From the NCBI GenBank assembly GCA_017524805.1, contig JAFXUX010000006.1, positions 389 to 64,388 of the forward strand: a stretch of 64,000 bases of DNA, written 5' to 3'. Source of the stretch: Candidatus Methanomethylophilaceae archaeon (lineage in GTDB: Archaea > Thermoplasmatota > Thermoplasmata > Methanomassiliicoccales > Methanomethylophilaceae). Shown here piece by piece: positions 18,896 through 28,782 of the stretch; position 1 is the first letter of the stretch, and each line of letters begins with the position of its first letter. Position numbers and translations under genes: made by a program. The notes below the pieces were generated by a model. That model ran no database searches, was not told the origin of the DNA, and saw only the letters and a program-made list of their open reading frames with translations.

Positions 18896-20122
18896 TCATG
18901 GTTCATAGTAGTTTATCGCCAACACATCGAGGGCTTCGACTCTGCACTGCACCCCGAGCCTCTCGGAGAAGCTCGGAACGCTGCGCCCATCATCGCCGGA
19001 CACGAATTCCTTGACGTAGGTGCCCGAATCTGTCTCCAGCTCGAGATCGAACGAATCTTCGGAGATCGAGTCCGCCTTTACCCAGTGGACCGTCCTCTTC
19101 CTCACCAAATCGGCGCGTCTGTGCTCGACACGATGCGGAGTTCTCTGGTCTATATTGGCGTTCTTGAACGATAAGGCAACGTCAACTACTCTATCTTTAT
19201 TAACTTTCCCCTCGACCACTACATGCGCGCGATATACCTTGTCAGATGCCGCTCCTTTGTATCTTTCGACGGCTTCGCGCTTCGCGAAATGCAGATCGCG
19301 GTATGCCGCCAGGCCGCCGGCATTGGCGCGTTCGGCTAGCTCGGCCAAGTCTATCCCCCTGATTTTGGGGTCGCTGATCTCCAGGACGAAGGGTCTCCCA
19401 TCCCCCAGCATGCGGGCGTCGATGTCCTCGCGGCCCATCCCATGGAAGAAATGCTCCTTGCCGCCGGTCATCTCCAAAGCTATGTCCCCGATGATCTCCT
19501 GCACGGATGTGGAGTACATCTTCCCTTTCCCATGGCAATGGTCGCACCCTTTGCCGTGGCAGACCCTGCAGGGCCATATGGTCTGGGGGATCTCCCTGCT
19601 GTATTTGTTGTAGCGGCCGGCTATGAAAAGCGGAGCTATGTCCAAAGTCACGTCGGCGAAGCGGGTGTCCACGCAGGCCACGACCTGAGGGTTCTTGAAC
19701 TCCACCGGGCGATGGATCTTGCAGATGGCGATCTTGCCGATCTCGCGGTTGAGCTCTGATTTGATCCCCTCGGCGTTATCCAGGCCCATCTCCGCGACGA
19801 TTTCCTTCTCTCTCTTGGCGATTTCAGGTTCAACCCTGCTTCCGATCAGGAAATTCTCGGACTCGACCGAGTTTACGCTCTCTGCCGCCGCGTCCGCGAA
19901 CCTCTCGAGCATATCGAACACGTTCTCGCAGAGGGGGCATATCTCCTCCGCCTCGGACTCGACGCCCTTTTCGGATAGGGCCTCGCGGATCATCCTGCCG
20001 CGGACGTCGTTGGTCATGTTCGTCCCGAGCTTGCCGAACATGCGCCCGAGGCAGCGGTCGCAAAGGCCCATGCCGGCCAGCTTCCCGGCGGCTTCCAGAT
20101 TCCCGGCGATCCATTCCTCCAT
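18896..20122 (-). CDS. pus10: tRNA pseudouridine(54/55) synthase Pus10
   Basis: N-terminal Zn motifs CDRCLGR…CPLCENVF, CRVCHGKGCDHCHGKG, and catalytic region GREDIDARMLGDGRPFVLEI. Confidence 0.88.
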   Translation of the reverse strand: MEEWIAGNLEAAGKLAGMGLCDRCLGRMFGKLGTNMTNDVRGRMIREALSEKGVESEAEEICPLCENVFDMLERFADAAAESVNSVESENFLIGSRVEPEIAKREKEIVAEMGLDNAEGIKSELNREIGKIAICKIHRPVEFKNPQVVACVDTRFADVTLDIAPLFIAGRYNKYSREIPQTIWPCRVCHGKGCDHCHGKGKMYSTSVQEIIGDIALEMTGGKEHFFHGMGREDIDARMLGDGRPFVLEISDPKIRGIDLAELAERANAGGLAAYRDLHFAKREAVERYKGAASDKVYRAHVVVEGKVNKDRVVDVALSFKNANIDQRTPHRVEHRRADLVRKRTVHWVKADSISEDSFDLELETDSGTYVKEFVSGDDGRSVPSFSERLGVQCRVEALDVLAINYYEP

Positions 20123-20131
20123 CGGCGCACC

Positions 20132-20674
20132 TCAGATGTCGAACCCCATCTCGCTTATCCTGAGCAGAGGGCGCTGGCTTTCCATGTAATGGTAGACGGT
20201 GGCATGCTCGCTCCCATGGATGAGAAGCTCCACCGCGTGTTTTGCTACGGGGAGGCTGACGCTGTTGCCTATCAGACCCACGGTATTCCCGTAGATGACC
20301 ATGTCGCACCCGGTCAGCTCCTCGATGAGCTTGCGGGTCTTGCCGCCTTTCCCTATTATGCGGCCTCTCACGCGGGATACCTGGGTCGCCCCCACGGCAT
20401 CCTTTATGTCCACTATCTCGAGGTACTCGTCGTCATCGAAGAGCCTCATGGCTTTGTCGGGGTTGAATCCCCTACCGACCGCCTTTATCACATCCATAAT
20501 CTTCAGCGCCATAACGGGGTCCTCAAGCTCCACTTCGTCATGGATTATGACCTCCCCGTCCTCCGCGCTGATCTCCAGCTTCACCCCGGAGATGTCCTGA
20601 AGGGCCTTTTTCGTCTCCCCGCCCTTCCCTATCAGCGTCCCTACCCTGTCGGCGGGCACTCTTATCGATCTCAT
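20132..20674 (-). CDS. KH-domain RNA-binding protein (Dim2/Pno1-like)
   Basis: Two KH GxxG motifs (IGKGGETKKAL, IGKGGKTRKLI). It sits in the conserved aIF1A-Rio1-KH arrangement. Confidence 0.82.
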   Translation of the reverse strand: MRSIRVPADRVGTLIGKGGETKKALQDISGVKLEISAEDGEVIIHDEVELEDPVMALKIMDVIKAVGRGFNPDKAMRLFDDDEYLEIVDIKDAVGATQVSRVRGRIIGKGGKTRKLIEELTGCDMVIYGNTVGLIGNSVSLPVAKHAVELLIHGSEHATVYHYMESQRPLLRISEMGFDI

Positions 20675-21471
20675 TCTTCATCCCCTTCCTCTTCGTCGTC
20701 GATCCCGTTGAGCGCGCAGTCCATGATTTTCTCTGCCTCTATGATATCCGCGCCCCTCTGTCTGAAGAACCTGTTGACGTTGGCTATGTCCCTCATCAGA
20801 TACTCTTTCGCGTTGTAATGGTCGCAGGTCATCGCCTGGCCGACGTCGATGAGTATCGGCTGCCCATCCTGCATGAGGATGTTGTATTCGCTGAGATCCC
20901 CATGGACCAGATGGGCGTCGCGCCAGCCGTCTATTATGAATGAGGTGACCTCATCGTAAATGTCTGTGGGATCGTCCAGAACGCAGTCTTTGAGCTGGGG
21001 CGCCGGCCCCGTCTCGTCGCCTATGTACTCCATCAGGAGGCAGTTGTTCTCGAACGCAACCGGTTCCGGCACCGGGATATCCGCGTCGTAGTATCTCAGA
21101 AGGTTCTTGTATTCCTTGTTTACCCACGCGTAAATCATCTTCCAGCGGTTGCCGCTGACCCCTTTGAACCTGGGGTCGCCCTCGATGTACTTCGATACCC
21201 TCTTGAACGTGGAGGTGGAGGTCCTGAATATCTTCAGAGCCAGCCCCTCGCCGTCCTCGTCCGTGACGTAGAAAACGTTTCCCTCTTTGCCGGTGGAGAT
21301 GGGGTAGTGCACCTTATCCAGAAAACCGTCGGACATGAGGTCATAGATCGTCATGAGGGTCTTTTTGTCGAAGACCTCGCCGTCGGTCTGCCGTTCGTCT
21401 CCCGTTTTATTGGTCTTAAGGGCATCCACGTGCTTTTCGAGGTAAGCGTACTTCTCTTCGTATGACGGCAT
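20671..21471 (-). CDS. rio1: RIO-type serine/threonine kinase Rio1
   Basis: ISTGKEGNVFYV, LVHGDLSEYNIL, LIDVGQA. The start is taken at MPSYEEKYAYL (ATG 21471). The longer ORF-track N-terminus overlaps aIF-1A. Confidence 0.9.
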   Translation of the reverse strand: MPSYEEKYAYLEKHVDALKTNKTGDERQTDGEVFDKKTLMTIYDLMSDGFLDKVHYPISTGKEGNVFYVTDEDGEGLALKIFRTSTSTFKRVSKYIEGDPRFKGVSGNRWKMIYAWVNKEYKNLLRYYDADIPVPEPVAFENNCLLMEYIGDETGPAPQLKDCVLDDPTDIYDEVTSFIIDGWRDAHLVHGDLSEYNILMQDGQPILIDVGQAMTCDHYNAKEYLMRDIANVNRFFRQRGADIIEAEKIMDCALNGIDDEEEGDEE

Positions 21472-21488
21472 GCGGATCCCCTTGGATC

Positions 21489-21821
21489 TCAGAAGATGTC
21501 CAGATTCTTGGGCACTTTGTTCTTCTTGCTGAGGTTGACCGCCTGGGTTCTGGTGTATCTGAACCTTATGTCGCATTTGTCCGGCTGGAAGTCCCAGACG
21601 GAGACGATAAGCAGATCTCCCTCTCTAATCCACATTCTTTTCTTTATTTTGCCGGGGATGCGCCCCACGCGGGACACTCCGTCCTCGCACATGACCTTGA
21701 TCTTGGATGCCCCCAGGAGCTGATCGGCTATGCCGAATATCTCTCCCTCTTTGATGTTGGGCATGCGGATGCGGGATACATCCTCCTCGGTGCTTTCCAT
21801 AGGCTGCTCTGTCATTGCCAT
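21489..21821 (-). CDS. eif1a: translation initiation factor aIF-1A
   Basis: …RIRMPNIKEGEIFGIADQLLGASKIKVMCEDGVSRVGRIPGKIKKRMWIREGDLLIV (S1/OB fold). Confidence 0.92.
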   Translation of the reverse strand: MAMTEQPMESTEEDVSRIRMPNIKEGEIFGIADQLLGASKIKVMCEDGVSRVGRIPGKIKKRMWIREGDLLIVSVWDFQPDKCDIRFRYTRTQAVNLSKKNKVPKNLDIF

Positions 21822-21962
21822 CTCCGCATAACATGAATCGACGTTTTATAAAAACATAACCATTTTTTCGGTGCGAAGCCAGACTCGGAATACGGCGCTG
21901 GGACATGAAAACCCGTGGGCTTTCGGAAACCATTATAAACGATGCTGTGATGGGGCTATTGC

Positions 21963-22035
21963 GCTCCAGTGGTGTAGTGGCCAATCATTCAGCCCTTTCG
22001 AGGCTGATACCTGGGTTCGAATCCCGGCTGGAGCA
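21963..22035 (+). tRNA. tRNA-Glu (anticodon UUC), no encoded CCA
   Basis: Acceptor GCTCCAG/CTGGAGC. Anticodon arm cagcc-CTTTCGA-ggctg. T arm ctggg-TTCGAAT-cccgg. Discriminator A. Confidence 0.85.
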
Positions 22036-22093
22036 CTATCACTTCTAAATTTTGGATGGCTGATTGTTTGTGACTGTAATCGCGGGCGCCGCC

Positions 22094-23200
22094 TCAGATT
22101 TCGCCTTTGATCATCCTGTCGCGCATCTTCTCGCTCTTCTCGCAGAGGTCGTCCAGATCAACGTCGTCCGTGGCGTAGACCTCCGGGAACTTCTTTTCCG
22201 ATAGCAGCCTGTCAGCCAGATGCCTGTCCGGGAAATCCCCGCTGTCAGCGAATCCCCGGTCCCACTTGTCGGCCAGATCGAGAACCGCCTGTATGCCTTT
22301 GTCGTAGAAAGTCCCGGCCAACACGGCGCCGACGGTGGCGCTCTCGGAAATGACGGTTATGTTGCTACCTCTGATCGCTATCTCAGACCCGTTGAACGAC
22401 ATCGCCAGGCCGCTGCTGTCCTTCACAAGGCTCAGACTCTGGTAATCGGTGTGGTCGTCGCCGATGTATATGGTCCCGTCCAGATCGATGCCGCGCTGGC
22501 GCCTGAGATCCAGGATTCTGTACGCCTTCTTGCTGGAGTCCATCGGCTGGCAGGATTCCATCGCAAGCCTGCCCTCGTCCGTCATGCCGTCGCCCAGGAA
22601 ATGGTCCAGCTTCTGTATGATTTTGATGTCCCTTTTGTCCAAGTTGGTGGGTACGTTGAACTGGTATGTTACGTCGGGTATCTCCAGGGAATTCATCTCC
22701 GCCGCCATTTCCCTGAGGACTTTGGAGCCGATGCGGCCGATCTGCCCGGTGGTATAATCGTATTCGGTGGGCTCGGACTCGCATAGCGGCGTTCTGAGCT
22801 TTTCCTCGAGGGCCATCAGCGCTTGGTCATACGAAGAGGTGGTGATGAAAGTCGGCAGAAGATCCGCCAGATACTTCATGACTTCCGGGGCATTGTCGAC
22901 CAGCCTCAGAGATTCTTTGGCCGCCTTATAGATGAGATAATTGGTTGCCCCGTAGGCTTTGAGAAACGGCAACGCGTACTTGGGGACGTTCCCGGCCACC
23001 AGATCGTCCCTTCCCAGAACGTAAGTGACTAAGCAATCGTATCTGGATAAGAGATCGTAAAAATGCTCGCCGTCAGGAATGAAATGGGCGCATATGTCCC
23101 TCGTGCTGTCGTTGCGGGACAGGAATCCCCTGCATCCGCATATGACCATCTTCTCTGGAGGCAGACCAAGCTCCAGGGTGGGGTCGAACTCTCCGGACAT
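22094..23200 (-). CDS. HAD-like protein resembling EhaR-type proteins
   Basis: 368-371 aa with GDDHTDYQSL near the C-terminal third (HAD motif IV-like). The N-terminal MVICGCRGFLSRNDST sits where relatives, as I recall them, have DCEGPxxxND. Start is ATG 23200 or GTG 23209. Confidence 0.45.
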   Translation of the reverse strand: MSGEFDPTLELGLPPEKMVICGCRGFLSRNDSTRDICAHFIPDGEHFYDLLSRYDCLVTYVLGRDDLVAGNVPKYALPFLKAYGATNYLIYKAAKESLRLVDNAPEVMKYLADLLPTFITTSSYDQALMALEEKLRTPLCESEPTEYDYTTGQIGRIGSKVLREMAAEMNSLEIPDVTYQFNVPTNLDKRDIKIIQKLDHFLGDGMTDEGRLAMESCQPMDSSKKAYRILDLRRQRGIDLDGTIYIGDDHTDYQSLSLVKDSSGLAMSFNGSEIAIRGSNITVISESATVGAVLAGTFYDKGIQAVLDLADKWDRGFADSGDFPDRHLADRLLSEKKFPEVYATDDVDLDDLCEKSEKMRDRMIKGEI

Positions 23201-23205
23201 TCCTC

Positions 23206-24027
23206 TCACTCCAAAGACGCGTCGACCTGCGAGGACAGATCGTACGGTCCGTCCAGAGGCTCCCCTTCCGCGTAAAGCCTTTTGTTTTGTATGGACACGC
23301 GGCCGTCGGCGAACGCCTTTATGGTGGCGACGATCAGCGGGAGCTCGCGTTTGGCGCCGTCCTCCCTTATCCTCTTGAAGAGCGGCTCTTCCGTGCCTTC
23401 CATCTCCTTGATCTCATCCAAAGTGTATGATTCCAGCTTCTTGCCGAGATCCTCCCAGAGAGCATCGTATTCCCCTCCGCGGATCGGGAAGCAGCAATAG
23501 GTCAGCGGGGCGCCCCTGTCCCATTCCTCGGTGCAGATGTGCATCATCGCGCCTTGGCGGTCGGCATTCTCGGCTATCAGCTGCCAGATGACTTCCTGCC
23601 ATGTCCCTTTGGGGCCATCAGGAAGTGCGGGATGCAGGTTCAGCATGTCATACTGCTGGCAGGTCTCGTCGTCCATCCACATCATGTAACCCGCGAGGAT
23701 CCCCAGATCGAAGCCGTAGACGGAGGTCTTCTCCCTAAGGAGCCTCCCGTATTCGACCCTCCAAGCGGCTTCGTCGCTCTTCCTGAGCTCGGGCATGAAC
23801 CTTTTCCAGGACGCGGTCAGCAGCGGTATGCCGTATCCGCGCACCATATCGAAGAACATCTGCCTCTGCTCCCTCTTGGGGTTGTCTTCCTCCTCGTTGT
23901 CCCAATTGCAGAAGACGAAGGGTATTTCGATGTCCAGGACGCCCTCGTCTCTCTTATCCATGACCGCTTTGAGCAGATTGCGAGACCCTGGGCCCCTTCC
24001 CGTGGAGAACCATCCTAACCTGAGCAT
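23206..24027 (-). CDS. formyltransferase-family protein (PurN-like core with C-terminal extension)
   Basis: LRLGWFSTGRGPGSRNLL…, MLNLHPALPDGPKGTW (the N-x-HPSLLP-type motif). Confidence 0.7.
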   Translation of the reverse strand: MLRLGWFSTGRGPGSRNLLKAVMDKRDEGVLDIEIPFVFCNWDNEEEDNPKREQRQMFFDMVRGYGIPLLTASWKRFMPELRKSDEAAWRVEYGRLLREKTSVYGFDLGILAGYMMWMDDETCQQYDMLNLHPALPDGPKGTWQEVIWQLIAENADRQGAMMHICTEEWDRGAPLTYCCFPIRGGEYDALWEDLGKKLESYTLDEIKEMEGTEEPLFKRIREDGAKRELPLIVATIKAFADGRVSIQNKRLYAEGEPLDGPYDLSSQVDASLE

Positions 24028-24060
24028 CGCTCCCCCATGATTGAACAGGGATATAGAATT

Positions 24061-24468
24061 TCAGACGTCGAACACCACCGTGACCGAGGGCGTCTCCCGA
24101 TCGACCTCCATCATATGGTAGGTCACGGCCTTTACCTCGGACCTTATCCTGTGCTTGGATCTGTCCAGCCTCTCGCCCCTCCCCCTGCAATGGACCTTGT
24201 TCCCGTCGATGGAAACTTCGATCTCTTTCAGGATGAGGTTCTCGCAATCCTCGATGAAAAGCAGCTCCGAGAGGAACGAGAACAGCATATCCTCGTCGTC
24301 GATACCCTCGACCTCGAATTCCGTCGCCACGGATTCCCCTATGCCGGAGAGATCCACGGTCTCGTTGAACAGGGCGAAACCCGCGTTGGCGAAGCACTCC
24401 TCCAACGTGCTTCCGAATGCCTTCACCATCATATCGGCGGTGTGGTCTATAAGGGCGTATCTCTCCAT
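24061..24468 (-). CDS. archease
   Basis: MERYALIDHTADMMVKAFGSTLEECFANAG…VKAVTYHMMEV, 135 aa. Confidence 0.9.
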   Translation of the reverse strand: MERYALIDHTADMMVKAFGSTLEECFANAGFALFNETVDLSGIGESVATEFEVEGIDDEDMLFSFLSELLFIEDCENLILKEIEVSIDGNKVHCRGRGERLDRSKHRIRSEVKAVTYHMMEVDRETPSVTVVFDV

Positions 24469-24551
24469 GCCACCGGAATCCGCCCGCCCGATTTTAACGT
24501 TGCCCGGATCCCCATGGGCAAATTGAAAAGCATATCCGACGTTGCCCCGCC

Positions 24552-25202
24552 ATGGACGGCATATTCTTGAGAGCCGAAAAGTTCGCCGAGGGAGTTTTCG
24601 CAGGTGATTCCGGCGGACATGACATCTACCATACGCTCCGGGTGCACTCTGTGGCCAGAAGGATATGCGCGGAAGAGGGCGGGAACGAGAGGATAGTCCG
24701 CCTTGCCTCCCTCCTGCACGATGTGGACGACCCCAAACTGTTCGGGAACGCTGGATATGCCAACGCCATGCGCTTCATGGAATCCGAGGGGATCCCGGCG
24801 GAAGAGCGGGAAAAGATAATCCGGATAATCTCCCAGATATCTTTCAGAGGCTCGGGCTCATCGGTGCCTGACACCTTGGAAGGGAAGATAGTCCAGGATG
24901 CCGACAGAATGGATGCCATCGGAGCCATTGGCATCGCCAGAGCCTTCGCATACGGCGGAAGCAAAGGGCGCCCGATGCACATCCCGAGCGAAAAGCCGAG
25001 GGAATCCATGACCGAAGAGGAATACAGATCGGAAGGCACGACTCTGAACCATTTCCATGAGAAGCTCCTGAAGCTGAAAGGGCTGATGAACACCGAATCT
25101 GCGAGGAAAATGGCGGAAAGGCGGCACAGCTACATGGAAGAATTCTTGGACGAATTCCTCAGGGAATGGGACGGAAAAATGCGATGGCCACTCTTATCGT
25201 AG
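24552..25202 (+). CDS. HD-domain phosphohydrolase. It is the only family-assigned gene here that ends in TAG.
   Basis: GGHDIYHTLRV…LLHDVDDPK…QDADRMDAIGAIGIARAF. The stop at 25200..25202 is tag. Confidence 0.8.
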   Translation: MDGIFLRAEKFAEGVFAGDSGGHDIYHTLRVHSVARRICAEEGGNERIVRLASLLHDVDDPKLFGNAGYANAMRFMESEGIPAEEREKIIRIISQISFRGSGSSVPDTLEGKIVQDADRMDAIGAIGIARAFAYGGSKGRPMHIPSEKPRESMTEEEYRSEGTTLNHFHEKLLKLKGLMNTESARKMAERRHSYMEEFLDEFLREWDGKMRWPLLS

Positions 25203-25308
25203 AATTATTACGTTATTCGTATTATCAATTATAATTAGCATACGAATCTGTCTTAATACCTGTATTTTTACGAAAAATATCTTAATATACCATCCCATTT
25301 GGGGCCTC

Positions 25309-26115
25309 ATGCGCATAACAATAGCCGGATGCGGATCGATCGGCCAGATGCTGGCTGAAGCCGCCGACGAGATGGCCGAGGTGAAGAGAATATACCTCAC
25401 CGACTCAGACAAAGCGAGGGCTGAGGGCCTGGCGTCGAGACTGAAGAAGGGCATCGTCGTCGAAAGCGTGGAGGAGGAGCTGTACCATTGCGATCTTGTC
25501 ATTGAATCGGCCACCCAGGAAGCCGCCAAGGCCATCATCCCCAAAGTCGTGGCCAGAGGCGTCGACATCATGGTCATGTCCGTGGGCGCCCTTGTGGACG
25601 ACGATTACAGAAAATCGGTCACCGAGAAAGCGGCGGAATGCGAGGCGAAGATATACATACCGTCCGGAGCCGTGTGCGGGACCGATGGGCTGAGATCTTC
25701 CTCCATGGGCAAGCTGGATGAGGTCGAGCTCATAGCCATACAGGGGCCGAAAACCCTGTCCGGCGTGGATTATGTCATCAATAAAGGGATAGACGTCGGA
25801 AAGCTGACCGAGAAGACCGTTGTCTATTCCGGCACCGCCAGGGAAGCCGTTCAGATGTTCCCCAAGAACGTGAACGTAGCGGCGACGGTGAGCCTTCTGG
25901 GCATAGGGTTCGACAGAACCAAGGTGACCATAGTCATGGACCCGGAGACCCACAGCAACTCCTACGAACTGAAGCTCAAAGGGGAATTCGGCGAGATGGA
26001 CTGCAGCACATACAACGTCCCCGCCCCGGATAACCCGAAAACTTCGTACCTCTCGGCCATGTCGGCGATATCCGCTCTGAAAAGGATAGTCAGGAACGAA
26101 TGGATCGGAATCTGA
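25309..26115 (+). CDS. nadX: L-aspartate dehydrogenase
   Basis: MRITIAGCGSIGQMLA…, IYIPSGAVCGTDGL, …NVAATVSL…, 268 aa. Confidence 0.85.
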   Translation: MRITIAGCGSIGQMLAEAADEMAEVKRIYLTDSDKARAEGLASRLKKGIVVESVEEELYHCDLVIESATQEAAKAIIPKVVARGVDIMVMSVGALVDDDYRKSVTEKAAECEAKIYIPSGAVCGTDGLRSSSMGKLDEVELIAIQGPKTLSGVDYVINKGIDVGKLTEKTVVYSGTAREAVQMFPKNVNVAATVSLLGIGFDRTKVTIVMDPETHSNSYELKLKGEFGEMDCSTYNVPAPDNPKTSYLSAMSAISALKRIVRNEWIGI

Positions 26116-26284
26116 TTCGATTCTGACAGAGGGCGGGCTTCCGATGGGGATGTCCTATCCCAAAAACCGGATTCCCGCCCTTTGGCATCCCTTCTGAAGA
26201 GTCCTCCCGCAGGACTTTTCCATCAGGAGTTTCCGATTATTTTGGAATCCCAAAATATTTCATGCCAACTCCGCATTAACCTCC

Positions 26285-27373
26285 ATGGCCAAAACAAGAG
26301 CCGAAAGGCTCATATCGAATGCGGAAGGCATGGATGCCGTCGTCATAGCCAACGATGGCGAGCCCTTCCTGGACTCCACGTTCTGGTATCTGACGGAGCA
26401 GAGCTCGGGCACTTTCGAAAGCTCCTTCGCGATCGTGAAAAAGGACGGGTCCATGGACGTCATAGTGAGCGTTCTGGAGGAGGAATCGGCGAACGCCGGC
26501 AAAGGCGACGTGCGCGTGTACCATGACCGCGAAGAGAGGGAAGCGTTCATCAAAGAAGCCCTCCGCGGATGCTCCAAAGTCGGTTTCAACATGCATTCGG
26601 CCACTTACGCCGCAGTGCAGTACATAAAGAAGGTTGCGGGAGAGTTCGAACCTATAGACGCCGGAAAAGCCATCGGCGACACCGTGTCGGTGAAGGACGC
26701 CAAAGAGATCGAAGCCACCAGACGCGCCTGCGACATCTCATCGAAAGTCGCGGCCGAGATTCCGGATTACCTCTCGGAAGGCGTCTCTGAAAGAGAAATC
26801 GCCGCGAGGATGGACAGCAGGATGAGAGAGCTGGGCGGGACCGGAAACGCGTTCGACACCATCGCCGCATTCGGCGAGTATTCGTCCCAGCCGCACCACA
26901 TGCCTTGCGATTATAGGCTTAAGAAAGGGGACACTGCGCTGTTCGACTTCGGGTCGAAATACGACAGGTATTGCTCCGACATGACCCGCACAGTCTTCCT
27001 GGGAAAGCCCCCGGAGATAATGGAGAGAGCATACGAAATCGTGAAGGAAGCCCAGATCGCCGGGATCGAGGAATACCGCGACGGCGCGGAAGCAAAAGCG
27101 GCAGATCTGGCTGCGAGGAAAATAATCGACGATTCCGAGTTCAAAGGGAAATTCATCCATTCGTTCGGACACGGCATCGGCATGGACGTCCACCAAGACA
27201 TATCCGTGTCGCCGAGGTCGGATCAGATCCTTCGCGCGGGCAACATCGTCTCCGCCGAACCGGGGATATACATCCCTGGCGTGGGAGGGATAAGGATCGA
27301 GGACACCTGCCTCATAACTGAAAATGGATGCGAGATCCTCACGTCCTTCGACCATTCGTTCACGGTGGTATGA
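26285..27373 (+). CDS. M24-family Xaa-Pro peptidase
   Basis: Creatinase-like N-domain plus ALFDFGSKYDRYCSDMTRT, HSFGHGIGMDVHQ, EPGIYIPGVGGIRIEDT metal ligands. Confidence 0.9.
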   Translation: MAKTRAERLISNAEGMDAVVIANDGEPFLDSTFWYLTEQSSGTFESSFAIVKKDGSMDVIVSVLEEESANAGKGDVRVYHDREEREAFIKEALRGCSKVGFNMHSATYAAVQYIKKVAGEFEPIDAGKAIGDTVSVKDAKEIEATRRACDISSKVAAEIPDYLSEGVSEREIAARMDSRMRELGGTGNAFDTIAAFGEYSSQPHHMPCDYRLKKGDTALFDFGSKYDRYCSDMTRTVFLGKPPEIMERAYEIVKEAQIAGIEEYRDGAEAKAADLAARKIIDDSEFKGKFIHSFGHGIGMDVHQDISVSPRSDQILRAGNIVSAEPGIYIPGVGGIRIEDTCLITENGCEILTSFDHSFTVV

Positions 27374-28782
27374 TGCAGAAACAGATCCTCATGAAAGCCG
27401 AGGACACCCAGGACATCCTCCACAAAGCGGTGGGAAGGATGGTCGATCTGGGCGCGGAGTTCTGCGACGCGAAGTCCCAGACGATAAGGAGCATCGGGAT
27501 AAGCTCCATGGACGGGGAGCTCAGGCAGCTCGTCAGAAAGAGCACAGGAGGGGTTTGCCTCAGAGCATGGGCAGGCGGCAGATGGGGATACGGAACGGTG
27601 ACGTCATTCGACCCCGACGCGGTCATGAAAGCGGCGGAAGATGCCGTAAAGAACGCCTCCGGCGAAAGGAAATCGGACCTTGCCTTGGAACCGTCCGCCA
27701 TAAGGAAGCACATGCCTGCGCAGGTGAGGATACACCCGGATTCCGTCGGCTTGGAAGAGAAGATCCAGGCAGCGCTCGACTTGGACAGAGCCCAATCCAT
27801 CGACGATCGCATAGCGAACCGCATGGGTTCCTATTCCGAGGAGATCAAGGAGAACGCCTTGGTGAACTCCGCGGGCTCCGATCTGAGCTGGGAGGAAGTC
27901 CGCACCTTGTGCAGGGCGATGTCCGTCGCTTTCGACGGGAACTCCATGGAGAGATACTACGAGGGCCCGGACAGCACCTTAGGGTACGAGACCGTGAAAG
28001 ACGCCGATCTGGAGGGGATCGGAAGGACCGCCGCAGAGGAGGCCATTAAGACTCTGTCCGCGAAGAGGGCGCCGTCCGGCAACCTCACGGTGATCTCCGA
28101 CCCGATGGTGTCCGGGCTGCTGGCCCATGAGGCCATGGGGCATGCGTCGGAGGGCGATGAGATCACCAAAAAGCGCTCGTTCCTCACGGGAGCCGTCGGG
28201 AAGAAGGTAGCATCGGACATCATCACCATGTATGACAACGGAACCGTCCCGGGAGCCCACGGATCCGTCCCGTTCGACGACGAAGGCACCCCGTCATCAT
28301 GCACCAAAATCATAGACCGCGGAATCTACAATGGATATATGCACAGCCTCGAGACGGCATCTCAGCTGGGGTGCAAACCCACCGGGAACGGAAGGGCGGA
28401 GAATTTCGGCAAGAGGGCTTGGGTCAGGATGACCAACACCTATTTCGGGCCGGGTGACTGGGACAAAGACGAGCTGATCGCAGACACCGAACATGGGATA
28501 ATCTGCGACAAGATGGTCAACGGAATGGAAGACCCGGTAGGCGGATGCTTCGAAGCCAAATGCCTGAGGGGGTTCGAGATCGAGAACGGCGAGATCAAAG
28601 GGATGCTGAGATCCTTCACGCTCACCGGGAAATCGGTGGAGATCCTGTCCTCCGCGGACGCGCTCACCAAAGAGGTGATCCTGGACGGAGGGATGTGCGG
28701 GAAAGGCATAGAGGATTGGGTAAGGGTTTCCTCCGGAGGCCCATACATGCGCGCCAGGATGATCGTGGGGGGAGGCCAGTGA
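27370..28782 (+). CDS. tldD: TldD-family metallopeptidase
   Basis: …LLAHEAMGHASEGD… (HExxxH-like TldD motif), 470 aa. The start ATG makes an ATGA overlap with the peptidase stop. Confidence 0.88.
   Translation: MMQKQILMKAEDTQDILHKAVGRMVDLGAEFCDAKSQTIRSIGISSMDGELRQLVRKSTGGVCLRAWAGGRWGYGTVTSFDPDAVMKAAEDAVKNASGERKSDLALEPSAIRKHMPAQVRIHPDSVGLEEKIQAALDLDRAQSIDDRIANRMGSYSEEIKENALVNSAGSDLSWEEVRTLCRAMSVAFDGNSMERYYEGPDSTLGYETVKDADLEGIGRTAAEEAIKTLSAKRAPSGNLTVISDPMVSGLLAHEAMGHASEGDEITKKRSFLTGAVGKKVASDIITMYDNGTVPGAHGSVPFDDEGTPSSCTKIIDRGIYNGYMHSLETASQLGCKPTGNGRAENFGKRAWVRMTNTYFGPGDWDKDELIADTEHGIICDKMVNGMEDPVGGCFEAKCLRGFEIENGEIKGMLRSFTLTGKSVEILSSADALTKEVILDGGMCGKGIEDWVRVSSGGPYMRARMIVGGGQ

Noticed and set aside
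26116-26284. Three short hairpins after nadX (agggcggg…cccgccct, agtcct…aggact, attttgg…ccaaaat) as a regulatory RNA
   Set aside because: They are short independent stems in an intergenic spacer with no repeats elsewhere in the window. They are more likely incidental or simple terminator or processing structures.
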